Positions 50,050 to 61,874 of a stretch of 64,000 bases of DNA are shown piece after piece. This DNA comes from Callorhinchus milii (Eukaryota): NCBI RefSeq assembly GCF_018977255.1, contig NW_024704743.1:10542001-10606000 (forward strand), read 5' to 3'. Numbering within the stretch: position 1 is the first letter of the stretch; the number at the start of each line of letters is the position of its first letter. A program made the position numbers and the translations under genes. The notes under the pieces are model-generated. The model was not told where the DNA came from and made no database searches. It was given only the letters and a program-made list of their open reading frames with translations.

Positions 50050-53000
50050 TGACTAACAACCGGGTTCCTATTTACTGCTAGGTTAACAGAGGAGGACGGA
50101 GTAAGGAAACTTGCCCAATGTTTCACCCTGAGAATCAAACCCATGTCCCCTGCTTGCAAGGCGAGTGCTCTAACCACTGAGCTACAGTACAGTTAAATGT
50201 CAGGTACTGTATATCAACAAGATAGAATAGGAAACACAAGTATTCCATTAATGGGATTTCCAAGGGAAAATCTGAAAGAAATCCCCATCGCCGAACGGGG
50301 TGATTTCAAGATCCTCACACTTTTTTTCCATCCCTTATGCCCTGGCAACTCTTTATCTCTACAGCCTGCTTACTCCCCAACGCACTATCCACTGCCTCCA
50401 GCTACCTGCATGTCCCTACTGCTCACTGTTCCACCATCGGTGGTCACGCTTTCAGTCACTACGCCCTGAAACACTGGAACTTTCTCCCTCTATCCTTTGC
50501 CTTGTCCTTTCCTTCCCCATCTTCAGATCGCGCCTGAAGACCTTCTTCTTTGACTTTGTCTACAGTCACCTCCCCCTCCCCCAGTCTCAGGGTCATGCTT
50601 TGCCACTGTCAAGCACTCTGGAATGCTACTGTGTATATATGAATGCGAGTTGTTGCTTAGAGGTTTCAGTTGACACATTGTCAAAATGAGGTGAGGCACA
50701 AATAAACAAAGAAATGAACAAAGAAAACAAGGTGAGAGGCTATACTGCCAAATAAGTTGAGATAAGAATTCCAGATATTCTATTTAATTTATGTAGTGTT
50801 CTTGTCGGTTTGCACCTGGCATTCTGGTCAACATAACACAATGGGGCTACCTAGGCCTTAAGAGGAAGTGTAGATAAGAGCAATGAGGATGATTCCCTAG
50901 TGTTAGAGGAATGAGCTATGAGCAACAATTAAACAAGTTAGGGCTCTTCAGTTTTCAAAATAAATGTCTTAGAAGAGCCCTTGTTTATTTTAGATTATAT
51001 GTAGATTTCTAGATACAAGATTTTAAATGGGAATGAGAAAGTAAATTCAGAATTATACTTTCGGATGCATTGAGACAGTAGAACAGGAGGACACAGGTTC
51101 AGGGTTGCAAAGAGAAATTTTAGGAGAAACAGCAGGAAATATTTCCTTTCCCAGAGGATAATTAACAACTGGAACAGTTGTCAGAAAGGATGGTTGAGCC
51201 AGGAAACTAGGACTCATTTTAAAAGCAACTTGATAGTGTGATGAGAGGATGGTAGATTGGGCATTCTGTAGGGATGAGATCAAGTGGACAAAGGGCCTTC
51301 TTCATCCAAATCAATCTTATGATCCTGTGTAAAGATCTACCATGATTGAATAAACTGGCAGAACAGGAATTAATAAGTTGAATAACTAATGTTCAAATGT
51401 AATAACCTTGAGAGATAAAGGAGATAGAAAGGTTCTTAGGAAAGAGTGTGAGTGGCTACAATAAAGACATCACTTAACAGTGCGTTTATTGATGATAAAT
51501 GGGACACAGAATCTAGCTGTGGGAAACAATAAGATTCTTTTGAATCTAATAAAAACCAAATTTAATTGCCCACAAATCAAAAGTAAAAAAATCAGGCAAG
51601 GAATACACATGGACCTTATTACACTCTAGGTGTGCAGCATGTGGCAATTAAGAACCAAAATAAAAATATCTCAACGCTTGTTCGCTTCCCAATGAAAGGT
51701 ATTGTCGATGTTAATTTGTTCTTTCTTGGCATAATTATGTAAGGAAATCGCATTCATAGAGGCAGTATATGCTCTAGAAAGCATCAGTGTTACTATATTC
51801 ACCACAAACTGTGACCTCCTTCACCCCCAATGCGTTTTTACAAGTTACCAGGGCTGAAGAGTACTTTTTCACGTCCTATAAACACAACTGCTACTGTTAT
51901 CACTTCCCGCCTCTGCTGAGCTTCTTGTGCATTTTGGCAACAGGTCCTGATAGCCATCTGTTCACACCTCTAATTCAGTATATGAAAAACAAAGAATTTA
52001 AGCATTCATTCCCCCTAAGAGCCATTCATGCAATGTGCAGTTCCGGTATGTTTGAACGAAAACTGGCTATTAAACAACGTTTTTTTTAGACTATTCATAT
52101 CTTTTAAAGGATCCAGAAAGAGCCATTTAACAGTACAAGGATATCCAATAAATTGTAAGGTAGGATATGGCTTACAAAATACATGCAGTCAATCAATTTT
52201 AGATTATATCCTGTGAAATACTTTGTGCAAATCTTTTGAGGTATCTCAATTAAGTGATAAGGCGCTCTATCAAATGCAAAGATTACAACAGGATCTTGCT
52301 GTACAGGTTTGGACTCTCAAGGGGAAAGTCCCAAAAATAAAATTCACCATATCTGACTCAGACTTATATCATTCCTCCGATAAATTCTTAAGAATAACAG
52401 CCTTGTTCAATTGATAAGATGAACTGGCTCCAAAATGAGCAGCCAAAATGTTTGTCAACGGAGTGTCAAAACCGAGTCAAACCTTTGCGGTGGTCTAAGT
52501 AGCCCAGGTCCTGAACTAGGCGTCTGCAGTATTCCAGGTCACTGCTGATGCAGCCCAGCTAGCCTAGGCTCATTGGCAGAACTTGGAAGGACAGACCAGT
52601 AACTGGGAACAAAACCTTTCCCACTCAGCTCTTTGGAGTCCTGTAGCTCAGTGGTTAGAAAACTCGCCTTGCAAGGGTTTCATTCCCTTCCTTGGAGGAA
52701 CTGGTGTAAAATGAATCCAAAATCACCTTTACAGCATAGAAAATGTTTTCTCCATTCCCTTCCTTTGACAGCATCAACAGATTCAAGGAAGGCTTTCTCT
52801 TGCTGTAACATGCTGTTTGCAAATGCTGCCAACAAAATTTTCAGCAGTGCATGGGTTTCAAATAGTGCCATCAATATGATCACAGAACTGCTTACATTAC
52901 TGACAAGGACATGTGTTACTTTTGGCCGCTCCAGTTGTATAACAAAAACAAGGGGCAATGTAATTCCTCCTCTTCCTGACGAGGCTGGGTTTCAAATGGC

Positions 53001-53367
53001 ATTTGTGCCATTTCCCACAATTTGCGTTTACTTAAAAGGACCATCTGTCCTTTGGATGAGATGTTCAACTGAGGTCCTATGCTGTTGCCTGTTCATTAAA
53101 GATCCTATTAGCACCATTGGAAAAAAGAGAAGGAAGTTTCTCCCGAGGCCTGGCCACAAAATCCCTAGATAAAATTGTTCATTCACTTTGTGGTTGTTTA
53201 TGAGACATTGCTGTGCATAAATGGGCTGCCGGGTTCAGTTTCAGAATTAAAAATTTGCAAAATTCTAGATGCTCAGAAATGTTGGGGCTGGGGGGGGAGT
53301 GGGGGAGGTAGCTGAACCTCAGATATGCTGGGGTCAGTGCCGATTGATCTTTGCTCACATCAGCTTC

Positions 53368-53905
53368 AAGTTAGACCAGGTGAGTGATCTTCTCTTGTTT
53401 CTTTTATCTTCAATCCGGGAGTAAAATTTACAATCTTCCTTCACACATTTCTCATGCTGATTAGCACAAAGGCAAGTTAGACCAGGTGAGTGATAATAAT
53501 AATAATAATCCTTGCATTTGATATAGCGCTTTTCATGTCAGGAGGACGTCCCAAAGCTCTTCACAGAACACACTGTAAAGTGAATTGACTGTATATTTGT
53601 GGTGAACGCGGCAGCCAATTGCGCACAGAAATGTCCCACAAACAGTCGTAGATTGAAAATGACCAATTTATTATTGTTTTTTGTTTTGGAGGGATTATTA
53701 TTAGGCGTGTGGAGTAAGGAAACTTGCCCAAGGTTTCGCCCTGCCTGGAATTGAACTCAGGTCTCTCACTTGTGAAGCGAGTGCTCTAACCACTGAGCTA
53801 CAGGACTACAGTGATCTTCTCTTGTTTCCTTTATCTTCAATCCGGGAGTAAAATTTGCGATCTTCCTTCACAAATTTCTCATGCTGATTAGCACAAATGC
53901 GAGTT
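53368..53905 (+). repeat. Two-copy ~105-bp tandem repeat with a young minus-strand SINE (53493-53810) in the second unit
   Basis: caagttagaccaggtgagtgat...atgctgattagcacaaa repeated; TSD agtgat flanks the SINE. Confidence 0.9.
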
Positions 53906-54569
53906 ATAATAATAATAATGTTGGAGTTGGAGTTGGAGGCTGGAATTCCAGAGGGTGGGGGCTGATTAGCACAGCTGATCGGTTACTTGAGCTAGTGGTG
54001 AGGGTGGTGGGAGTGGAGGGCGGAACTGAAGAGGGTGGTGAATATACATTGCATTTGATATACAGTAAACCTCACATAAGCCGAATCAGTTGGGACCATA
54101 AAATTTAATAGGAATTACGTGAACCCTGAGTTGCAGGCACACTTGTATAAATCATACAAAATCTGATTTAATCAATAAACTACACGTGGTAATTCAATGG
54201 GTAATTGCAATGTGTAAGTGCATATTCGGTGACAGATCAAGACTTTTTCCCACGATTCAATGCGTCACTGAATGTGCACTTACCAACAACCATTGGAATC
54301 ACATTGAATCATGGGAAATGAAGTTTTCTGCACATGCGGCGACAGATCAAGACTGCATTTCCCGCTTCACAGAATATACTGTAAATTGGTGTGTATTGTT
54401 TAATGGGCAAACATGGCAGCCAATTTGCACACACCAGTATCCCAGAAATAGCCATGGAATTAGCACAGATGTTGACACTCACTGCAATGAAAAGATCTCT
54501 AGTCTGACCTCCCAAGCAAATCATTGAGATGTCCTCAAGCAATCAATTCTGGTATCTCCTATAAAACTG

Positions 54570-55568
54570 GTGTTATTGTGGTGTCTCTAGTAACCTTGTA
54601 AATAATTATAGTCATTTGGTGCTTTGCAAATGTGTTTAGCTGCATACATTATAGTAGGACAAATAACATTGAAAAATGTAAGGAACACAGGAAGATGTAA
54701 ACTAACTTTTTTTAATATTTATAGAGAGAGGTGAACAATAGGAATTGGTAACAAATTTCATATGATACATTTTTCACCAGACGGGAATGAGCTCCAGTAA
54801 AGCCTGTCCTAAGTGAGGGGTTGAATAGAAAAACAAACAGCTAAACAATGATGAGGAGAATCATCACAAAGTGAAAATAATAACGATAATAATCTTTGCA
54901 TTTGATATAGAGCCTGACCATGTTTCACCCACAAAATATAGTCAATTCACTTTACAGTATATTCTGTGAAGCGCTTTGAGACTTCTAGAAGACATAAAGG
55001 CACTATATCAAATGCAAGAATTATTATTATTATTATGTTGTTGAGCTGCCTCAAAGTGGAGTCCTGTAGCTCAGTGGTTAGAGCACTCGCTTTGCAAGCG
55101 AGAGACCTGAGTTCAATTCCAGGCAGAGGGCGAAACCTTGGGCAAGTTTCCTTACTCCACACAGAGCCTAATAATAATCCCTCCAAAAAACCAAAAAAAA
55201 AACAATAATTAAATTGGTCATTTTCAATCTACGACTGTTTGTGGGACATTGCTGTGCGCAATTGGCTGCCGCGTTCGCCCACAAATATACAGTCAATTCA
55301 CTTTACAGTGTGTTCTGTGAAGCGCTTTGGGATGTCCTCCTGACGTGAAAAGCGCTATATCAAATGCAAGGAAAAAAAAAGTACTTCACAGGATTTAACA
55401 GTAAAGTGCAGTGATTGTGTATTTTACAATAATAGTCATAATAATCCTTGCCTTTTGTACAGTGCCTTTCCCATCATGACTTCTCCAAGCGCTTTACAGA
55501 ATTTAGTTCAAAGTGCAGTGACTATGTCATTTGTAGGCAAATACGGTAGCCATATTTGCACACAGCAA
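54570..55568 (+). repeat. Segmental duplication copy B (paralog of 1-726)
   Basis: Colinear with the window start. Confidence 0.95.
55057..55380 (+). mobile_element. Young short-form tRNA-SINE with A-tail, present only in duplication copy B
   Basis: Empty site ctcaaagt|gcttcacagg at ~540; aaagt on both sides here. Confidence 0.95.
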
Positions 55569-56513
55569 TGTCGCACAGGATGTATCACGTAAAAGTGAGA
55601 GGACCTGGATTTGATTCCAAGCAAGGTGAAATCTTGGGCAAGTTACCTTAGTCCACATGCTTGATAATAATCCCTCAAGAAAAAAACAATAATAAATTTG
55701 GTCACTTCAATCCACAACTGTTTGTGGGACAATGCTGTGCGCAATTGGCTGTCGCATTTCGCCCCCAAAATATACAGTCAATTCACTTTACAGTATATTC
55801 TGTGAAGCGCTTTGAGACGTCTAGAAGATGTGAAAAGCACTATATCAATAGCTAGGATTATTATATATAATATGCATATTATAGTAATTCCTAAAAAAAA
55901 GGGTAACTCAATCCATGACTGTTTGTGTGCAATTGACTGCCATGTTTTGCCCACAAAATATACAGTCAATTTACTTGACAGTATATTCTGTGAAGCACTT
56001 TGAGAAGTCTCGAAGATGTGATAAGGTACTAAATACAAGTAATATTACTAGTAGTATTATTATTATTAGCCTGCAAGCCCAAGCCCTAATGGGTAGGATA
56101 GTTCTAGCTAGTCATGCAGCAGGAAAGCTTGCAAGATGGTGCTTTCAATGGTTTTGCTAGTTAGACTCCAGCAGTACCCCAACCACACTCTTGGGTCCCC
56201 AAGCCTTGGCTCTTGCCAATCTGTACCTAATACTCTCTGGAATTTAGTAGGCAGGATGTGTCCCCCCAGGGAGAGAATGCACATTCCATTTCAATAAATA
56301 TCTCTGTAGTTTCGATGCGCAGCATGGAACTCTGTTTGATTTGGATACTCTTAAGCATGCTGATGGGTTTCCGCATGTGTCAGACATCCAACTGACCCAA
56401 AATAGCAGAGGGATGAAGGCACAGAGTACCAGAGTTTCATGGTATAGAGGCTGAAAGCACAGCTGCTTATGAGGTGGGGACGAGGGATGTGTAGGTATAA
56501 TGAAGTAAATAAA

Positions 56514-57257
56514 TAAAGTCTTTGGTAGGAGTGGGTTTAGATTGGGAATTTAAGGACTTTTTAAGAACGCCCTAGTGAAATCGGTTACATTCTATCAATT
56601 TGTAGATGACACTAAGTGAACTGTGAAATTAACAGAGGTATCAAAGGTCTTACAAAGAGAGCTTGACAGGGAAGCTACATTGGCTTAAAGTTCAGTAATA
56701 ATAATCACTGCATTTGAAATAATAATAATAATAATCCTTGAATTTGATATAGCACTTTTCACGACGGGAGGACGTCCCAAAGCGCTTCACAGAACACACT
56801 GTAAAGTGAATTGACTGTATATTTGTGGGCGAACGCGGCAGCCAATTGCGCACAGCAATGTCCCACAAACAGTCATAGATTGAAAATGACCAATTTATTA
56901 TTGTTTTTGGTTTTTTGGAGGGATTATTATTAGGCTCTGTGGTGAGTAAGGAAACTTGCCCGAGGTTTCGCCCTCTGCCTGGAATTGAACTCAGGTCTCT
57001 CACTTGCAAAGCGAGTGCTCTAACCACTGAGCTACAGGGCTCCACATAGTGTCTAATCACGTCTTCGAGGTGTCTCAAAGCATTTCACAGAATACAGTGG
57101 AAAGCAAATTGACTGTATATTTTGTGGGCAAAACATGGCAGCCAATTGCCCACAGCAGTATTTCAGAATAGTGGGGGCTGATTAGCAGAATAGTCGTGGA
57201 TTTAGTGACCAATTTTTTTTTAAAGAGATTATTATCCCCAGAAAGCGATCTGCCAAT
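56514..57257 (+). repeat. Local duplication copy B with a young minus-strand SINE (56719-57045) nested in the older SINE tail
   Basis: Empty site gcatttgata|tagtgcctta at ~49860. Confidence 0.9.
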
Positions 57258-60015
57258 AATCATTTCTTCACATTCTCTGTAACCATATTGCTGCATTAAA
57301 TACAACTCTAATTTATTGTTTACATCAGAAATCCATACATACTCATAACTCTTTGATTTTCCTCATTTTTAAAAAATTTAGAAAATAATTCTAATGCATT
57401 TTTTGTTGGGAAGAATATTGATAATTGTCTGACATCTTTCAGAAATTAGAATGTGAAAATCCAAAGTAAATGTTTTTTCTCTCTCAAGCATGGGAGGTTA
57501 CGGGGCTGAAGTTATACCGCAATAAAATAAAGTATCTTGGTTGACTTTCTCAAAAAGAGTATTTCTTTCAAGACACGATTTGCTTTATGCATTGGTGCAC
57601 AAAATCAATGCAGATATGACAGCTCAGACATTGTTTAGTGTGTACAATATGATATAATACAACACACATTTCCATTTATATAACGCGTTTCGCTTTGGGA
57701 GGACGTCCCAACATGCTTAACTGTCCTGTCTTGGCATCCAGTATATCACTGGGACCATATGGCACTTAACTCATTTTCACTCAATAGCAAAGGAAAATGT
57801 TATGTGGCCAAAGTAAGAGGAACACTGTGCACAATTGGCTGCCACGTCTCTTTAACTTCCCAAGCCTCAATCCATCTCCTTTTTAAACATCTTAATTTTA
57901 AAAAATTGTGTGGAGGAGGTAAGGTGGCTCCAATGTGACATGCTATATTCTATATTCTATTCCAATAGAATGTTGGAATCAAGACATCCCTTTGTTGTGG
58001 TCTTAGTAGACTGATTCCTGAGCCAGTGAGGTACTTCAGGGCACTGCTGATGACAGCCTAACCAGCCAATAAGACTTAGAGGAGCAAATCAGTCAATTGG
58101 GACTTGGATTCCCTTCACTCAGCTCCTGTTAACCCTGCGAACCAAGTCTCTGATGGGTAGGATGGTTCTTGTCAGATAATTAGTGGGAAGCTTGCCAGAC
58201 AATGCTTTCAATGGCCAGTTGGCAGTTTTAGCTGGTTTAACTCCAGCATTATTCCAGCACACACTCTGAGTCCCCAACCGTTGTCTCTTGCAGACTTGCC
58301 CTAAATATTCTCTAGGTAAGCAGGAAGTGTTCTTCCAGCAGAATGTGTAAATTCCATTCCAGACAGAAGAACGTTTCCATTTGCAGGTGGCATACATAAG
58401 TAGAATTATCAATCTGGTTTGAATACTCTTAAGCGTGGTGATGGATGTCTGCATTTGTCAGATATCCAGAGCAAAAATCAATTGAGTCTGCCTCTATAGC
58501 CCTCTGGGGCAATGCATTCCAGATTTGTACAACCCTCTTTGTGAAGAAATGTTCTTACCAACTACCTAATTCTCTAATGTTAGCATTATTTTAGATTACT
58601 CTTTCAGGGGGGAAGAGTTACCCGTGATCCAGCATGTCAGTTCGCTTCATTATTGTAACATTTGAAGGAAAAGATGTTTTCCATGCAGCTTTGTGACTGT
58701 GCGAATTCATACTGAGCTGACCCTGAAACATAGGAAGATGACTTTAATCAAATACTGGTCTTTGGGTATGAAAGAGACTACATGTTGTGCCACAAATGCT
58801 TTCATGCGTGCGCACATCTGGTTCAATTTGTAAAGACAAAGGAGTTTCTCTCAGGGTCCTGACCACCAATTCTTCAGATAAAATTGATCATTCATGTCAT
58901 GGCTGTTTGTGTTGTGGGACATTGCTGTGTGCAAATTGGCTGCTGTGTTCACCTATAAATACACTGTCGCATCACTTGGCAAAAATAATTCTGTGAAGCA
59001 GTTCTTCCATAGAAATATAGAAATTTATAGCACAGAAGAAGCTCATTCAGCCTATCGTGTCTGAGCTGGCTCTTTTAAAGAGCGATCCTTTCAGTCCCAA
59101 TTACTTCCTTTTCGCCGTTTACTCCTTTTGCGATACCTGATTCCCTTTTGAAAGCTAATATAAAACCACATGTAAATCAAATGCAAGAATTATTATTATT
59201 AGATCAGTGAAGTTGTGAGTTTGGTTCATTTTAAATTAATTCACTAGTTTGCAGGGTTCACAAACTTGGGAGAAAGTTTGAAGAGATTTTATTTTTTTAG
59301 AAAAGTAGCTGTAATTTTTCTCACAGTATTATACGAGAAAGACCTGAATTTGTGTAATCCGATTCTGAGGTAAGTAATCTCTCGCGCAATTGGCTGCACA
59401 TTTCGGTAACAAAATACAGTCAATGCACTTTACAGTATATTCTGTGAAGTGCTTTGAGATACCTCAACGACGTGATAAGGCACTATACAAATGCAAGGAT
59501 TATTATTATTCCTGGTGACCAGCAATACCGCTCTCACAGATTCCTAACATTTCAGCACAGAGAGAGGCCATGAAACCTCTGCCATGCCAGTTCTCTTAAA
59601 TACAGAACAATCTGCTCTAATCTCATTTCCTTGCCCATTCCCATACCTTACCACAATTTGCATTTATATAGTGCTCTTCAGGCAGAGTAGGGACTCGGAG
59701 TGGTTAAAACCCAAAACATTGCAAGAAAACATTGCCTGATTGGTGTAAAACCCAACTGGTTTAGTTATATTCTTCAGAGAAGGAAAATCTGCTATCCTTA
59801 TCTGGTTTGGTCTACATGTGAGTACATTCCCATAAAATTATTAAAATAATAAAATTACACAGTTTATACAGAAATGCAAAGTGCTCCAAATGGGATCAAA
59901 AAATCCAGGATGCAACTATTATTTAAATGGAAAGAAAATAATCTATACAGGAAATGAAAACGAATTGATTGACAATAAACTGAGGCTATTGCAACAGTGC
60001 TCAGTAGCAGTGAGT

Positions 60016-61600
60016 ACAACAACAACAAGAACAACAAAATTACACTTTTACAGTATCTTTCACATTGGGAGGATGTCCCAAGGTGCTGGACAGTCAGAGT
60101 TTGGGATACAAACTGGGGGCTAGGATTGGCGAGGGTGGAGGGCAAGGGGAAAGCAGAGTGATCGAAAGAACGTCGAAGAGGAGGTCTTGAGATGGATCTT
60201 GAATGAGGCAAGGGAGGGGGCGAGGCAGAGGGACTGTGGGAAGGAGTTCCAGTGAGTGGGGGCAGAGAGGCAGAAGGCCCACCCACCAATGATGGGGTGG
60301 GTGAAGCAGGGGACATGAAGCAGGCCGGAGCCCGATGAGCGGAGGGAGCGGGCAGGATGGTAAAGGATTAGAACCACATCACTCCCACCCTCGCTCACCT
60401 CCACTGGCTTCCCATCCCCAGAGGATCGAATTCAAGATCCTCATCCTCACCTAAAATGCCTTCACGGTCTTGCTCCCTCCTACCTCTCCGACCTACTATC
60501 CCCCTATTTACCTGCCCATACCCTCCGTTCCTCTGGCTCCGGTCTGCTCCACATCCCCCGCCTTAACCGCCCTACTATCGGTGGCTGGGCCTTCAGCCTC
60601 TCAGCCCTAGGCTCTGGAAGTCCATTCTCCAGTGCCTTCGCATTGCTTCCTCCCTTTCCTCCTTCAAGGCCGGTCTCAGGACCTTTCTCTTTGATCGTGC
60701 CTTCAGCTCACCTCTCGACTCTCTACCCCCTCCTCGCTCACTCCCTTCCCTCCCCTCACTCTGACCATTTCCCCCCTGCTCGGGTCCTGACCCAACTGTC
60801 CAGTGCCTTGGGACATCCTCCCGATGTGAAAGGCGCTCTATAAATGAAATCTTGTTGTTGTAGGAGGTCGCAGAGGTAGAGGTCGCAAGACATGGAGGGT
60901 TCAAGGTGAGGACCAGGATATTGAAATGTATACTCTGTGTGATGGGAAGCCAGTGGAGTCAGACGAGGATGGGGTTGATAGGTTCACGGAGCCTGGTGCA
61001 GGAGAGGACACGGGCTACAGAGTTCTGGGTGCTCTGCAGCCTATAGAGGGAGGAGTTGGGGATGCTGACAAGTGAGGAGTTTGCATTGTCAAGCCTTGAT
61101 ATAATGAATGCATGTATGAGGGTTTCAGCGGCCTGTGGTGGAGCCGGGCGATATTGCGGAGGTGGGACAAGTCATAGCACGGATGAGGGCTAGAAAGGAT
61201 AGTTGAGAGTCAACAAGACGACAAGGTTCCAGATTGGCTTAGTAAGATGGAGTGTGCATCCATGGATGGTGATGCTGTCAAGGAGTGAGCTGAGGAGGTG
61301 CTGACGAGATCCAATGAGGAGAGCCTCAGTCTTGTTAATATTCAACTGAGGAAAGTTAGCTCTCATCCAGTACTTGATGTCTGACAGACATCCTGTCAGG
61401 ACAACAGTGGTCCTGGAATCAAGGGTAGAGCCAGAAAGGTATCATTCGCATACATGTGCAGGGTGATCCCGTATCTGTGGATGACGTTACCAAGAGGGAG
61501 CATATAGATATTGGAGAGGACAGAGGCCCGAGGAAAGCAGACCAGACAGTGCGGGGGTCTAGTGGAGAAACCATTTGTGGAGATGAAGTGGAGGCGGAGT
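60016..61600 (-). mobile_element. L2 3' part with an opposite-strand L2 3' fragment nested at 60373-60860
   Basis: The host breaks at ggattag and resumes at taggaggtcgcagagg; both have (TTG)n tails. Confidence 0.9.
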
Positions 61601-61874
61601 AAGTGGAATAAGGTAAACCAGATGCTGGCTTGTATTAAAAGGGCAACATTGAGCCAAAATAGTGGGGTAATCCAGATCCTGCCACTTTATGAATCATTGG
61701 TACAACCTCACTTGGAACACTGTGTACAGTTCCAGTCACCGCAATGCACTGCTTCAGTGAGTGAGTAGTAAACCTATGGAGCAGGTTTCCTAGGGAGAAA
61801 ATGGAAGCAGAAAGTGTTGATCATTTCTTCAACAAGTTGGATAGATTTGTGTTAAGAAATAACATCTTGGGATA

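Noticed and set aside
53368..53905. CRISPR-like or satellite array
   Set aside because: Only two units with no spacers; eukaryotic context
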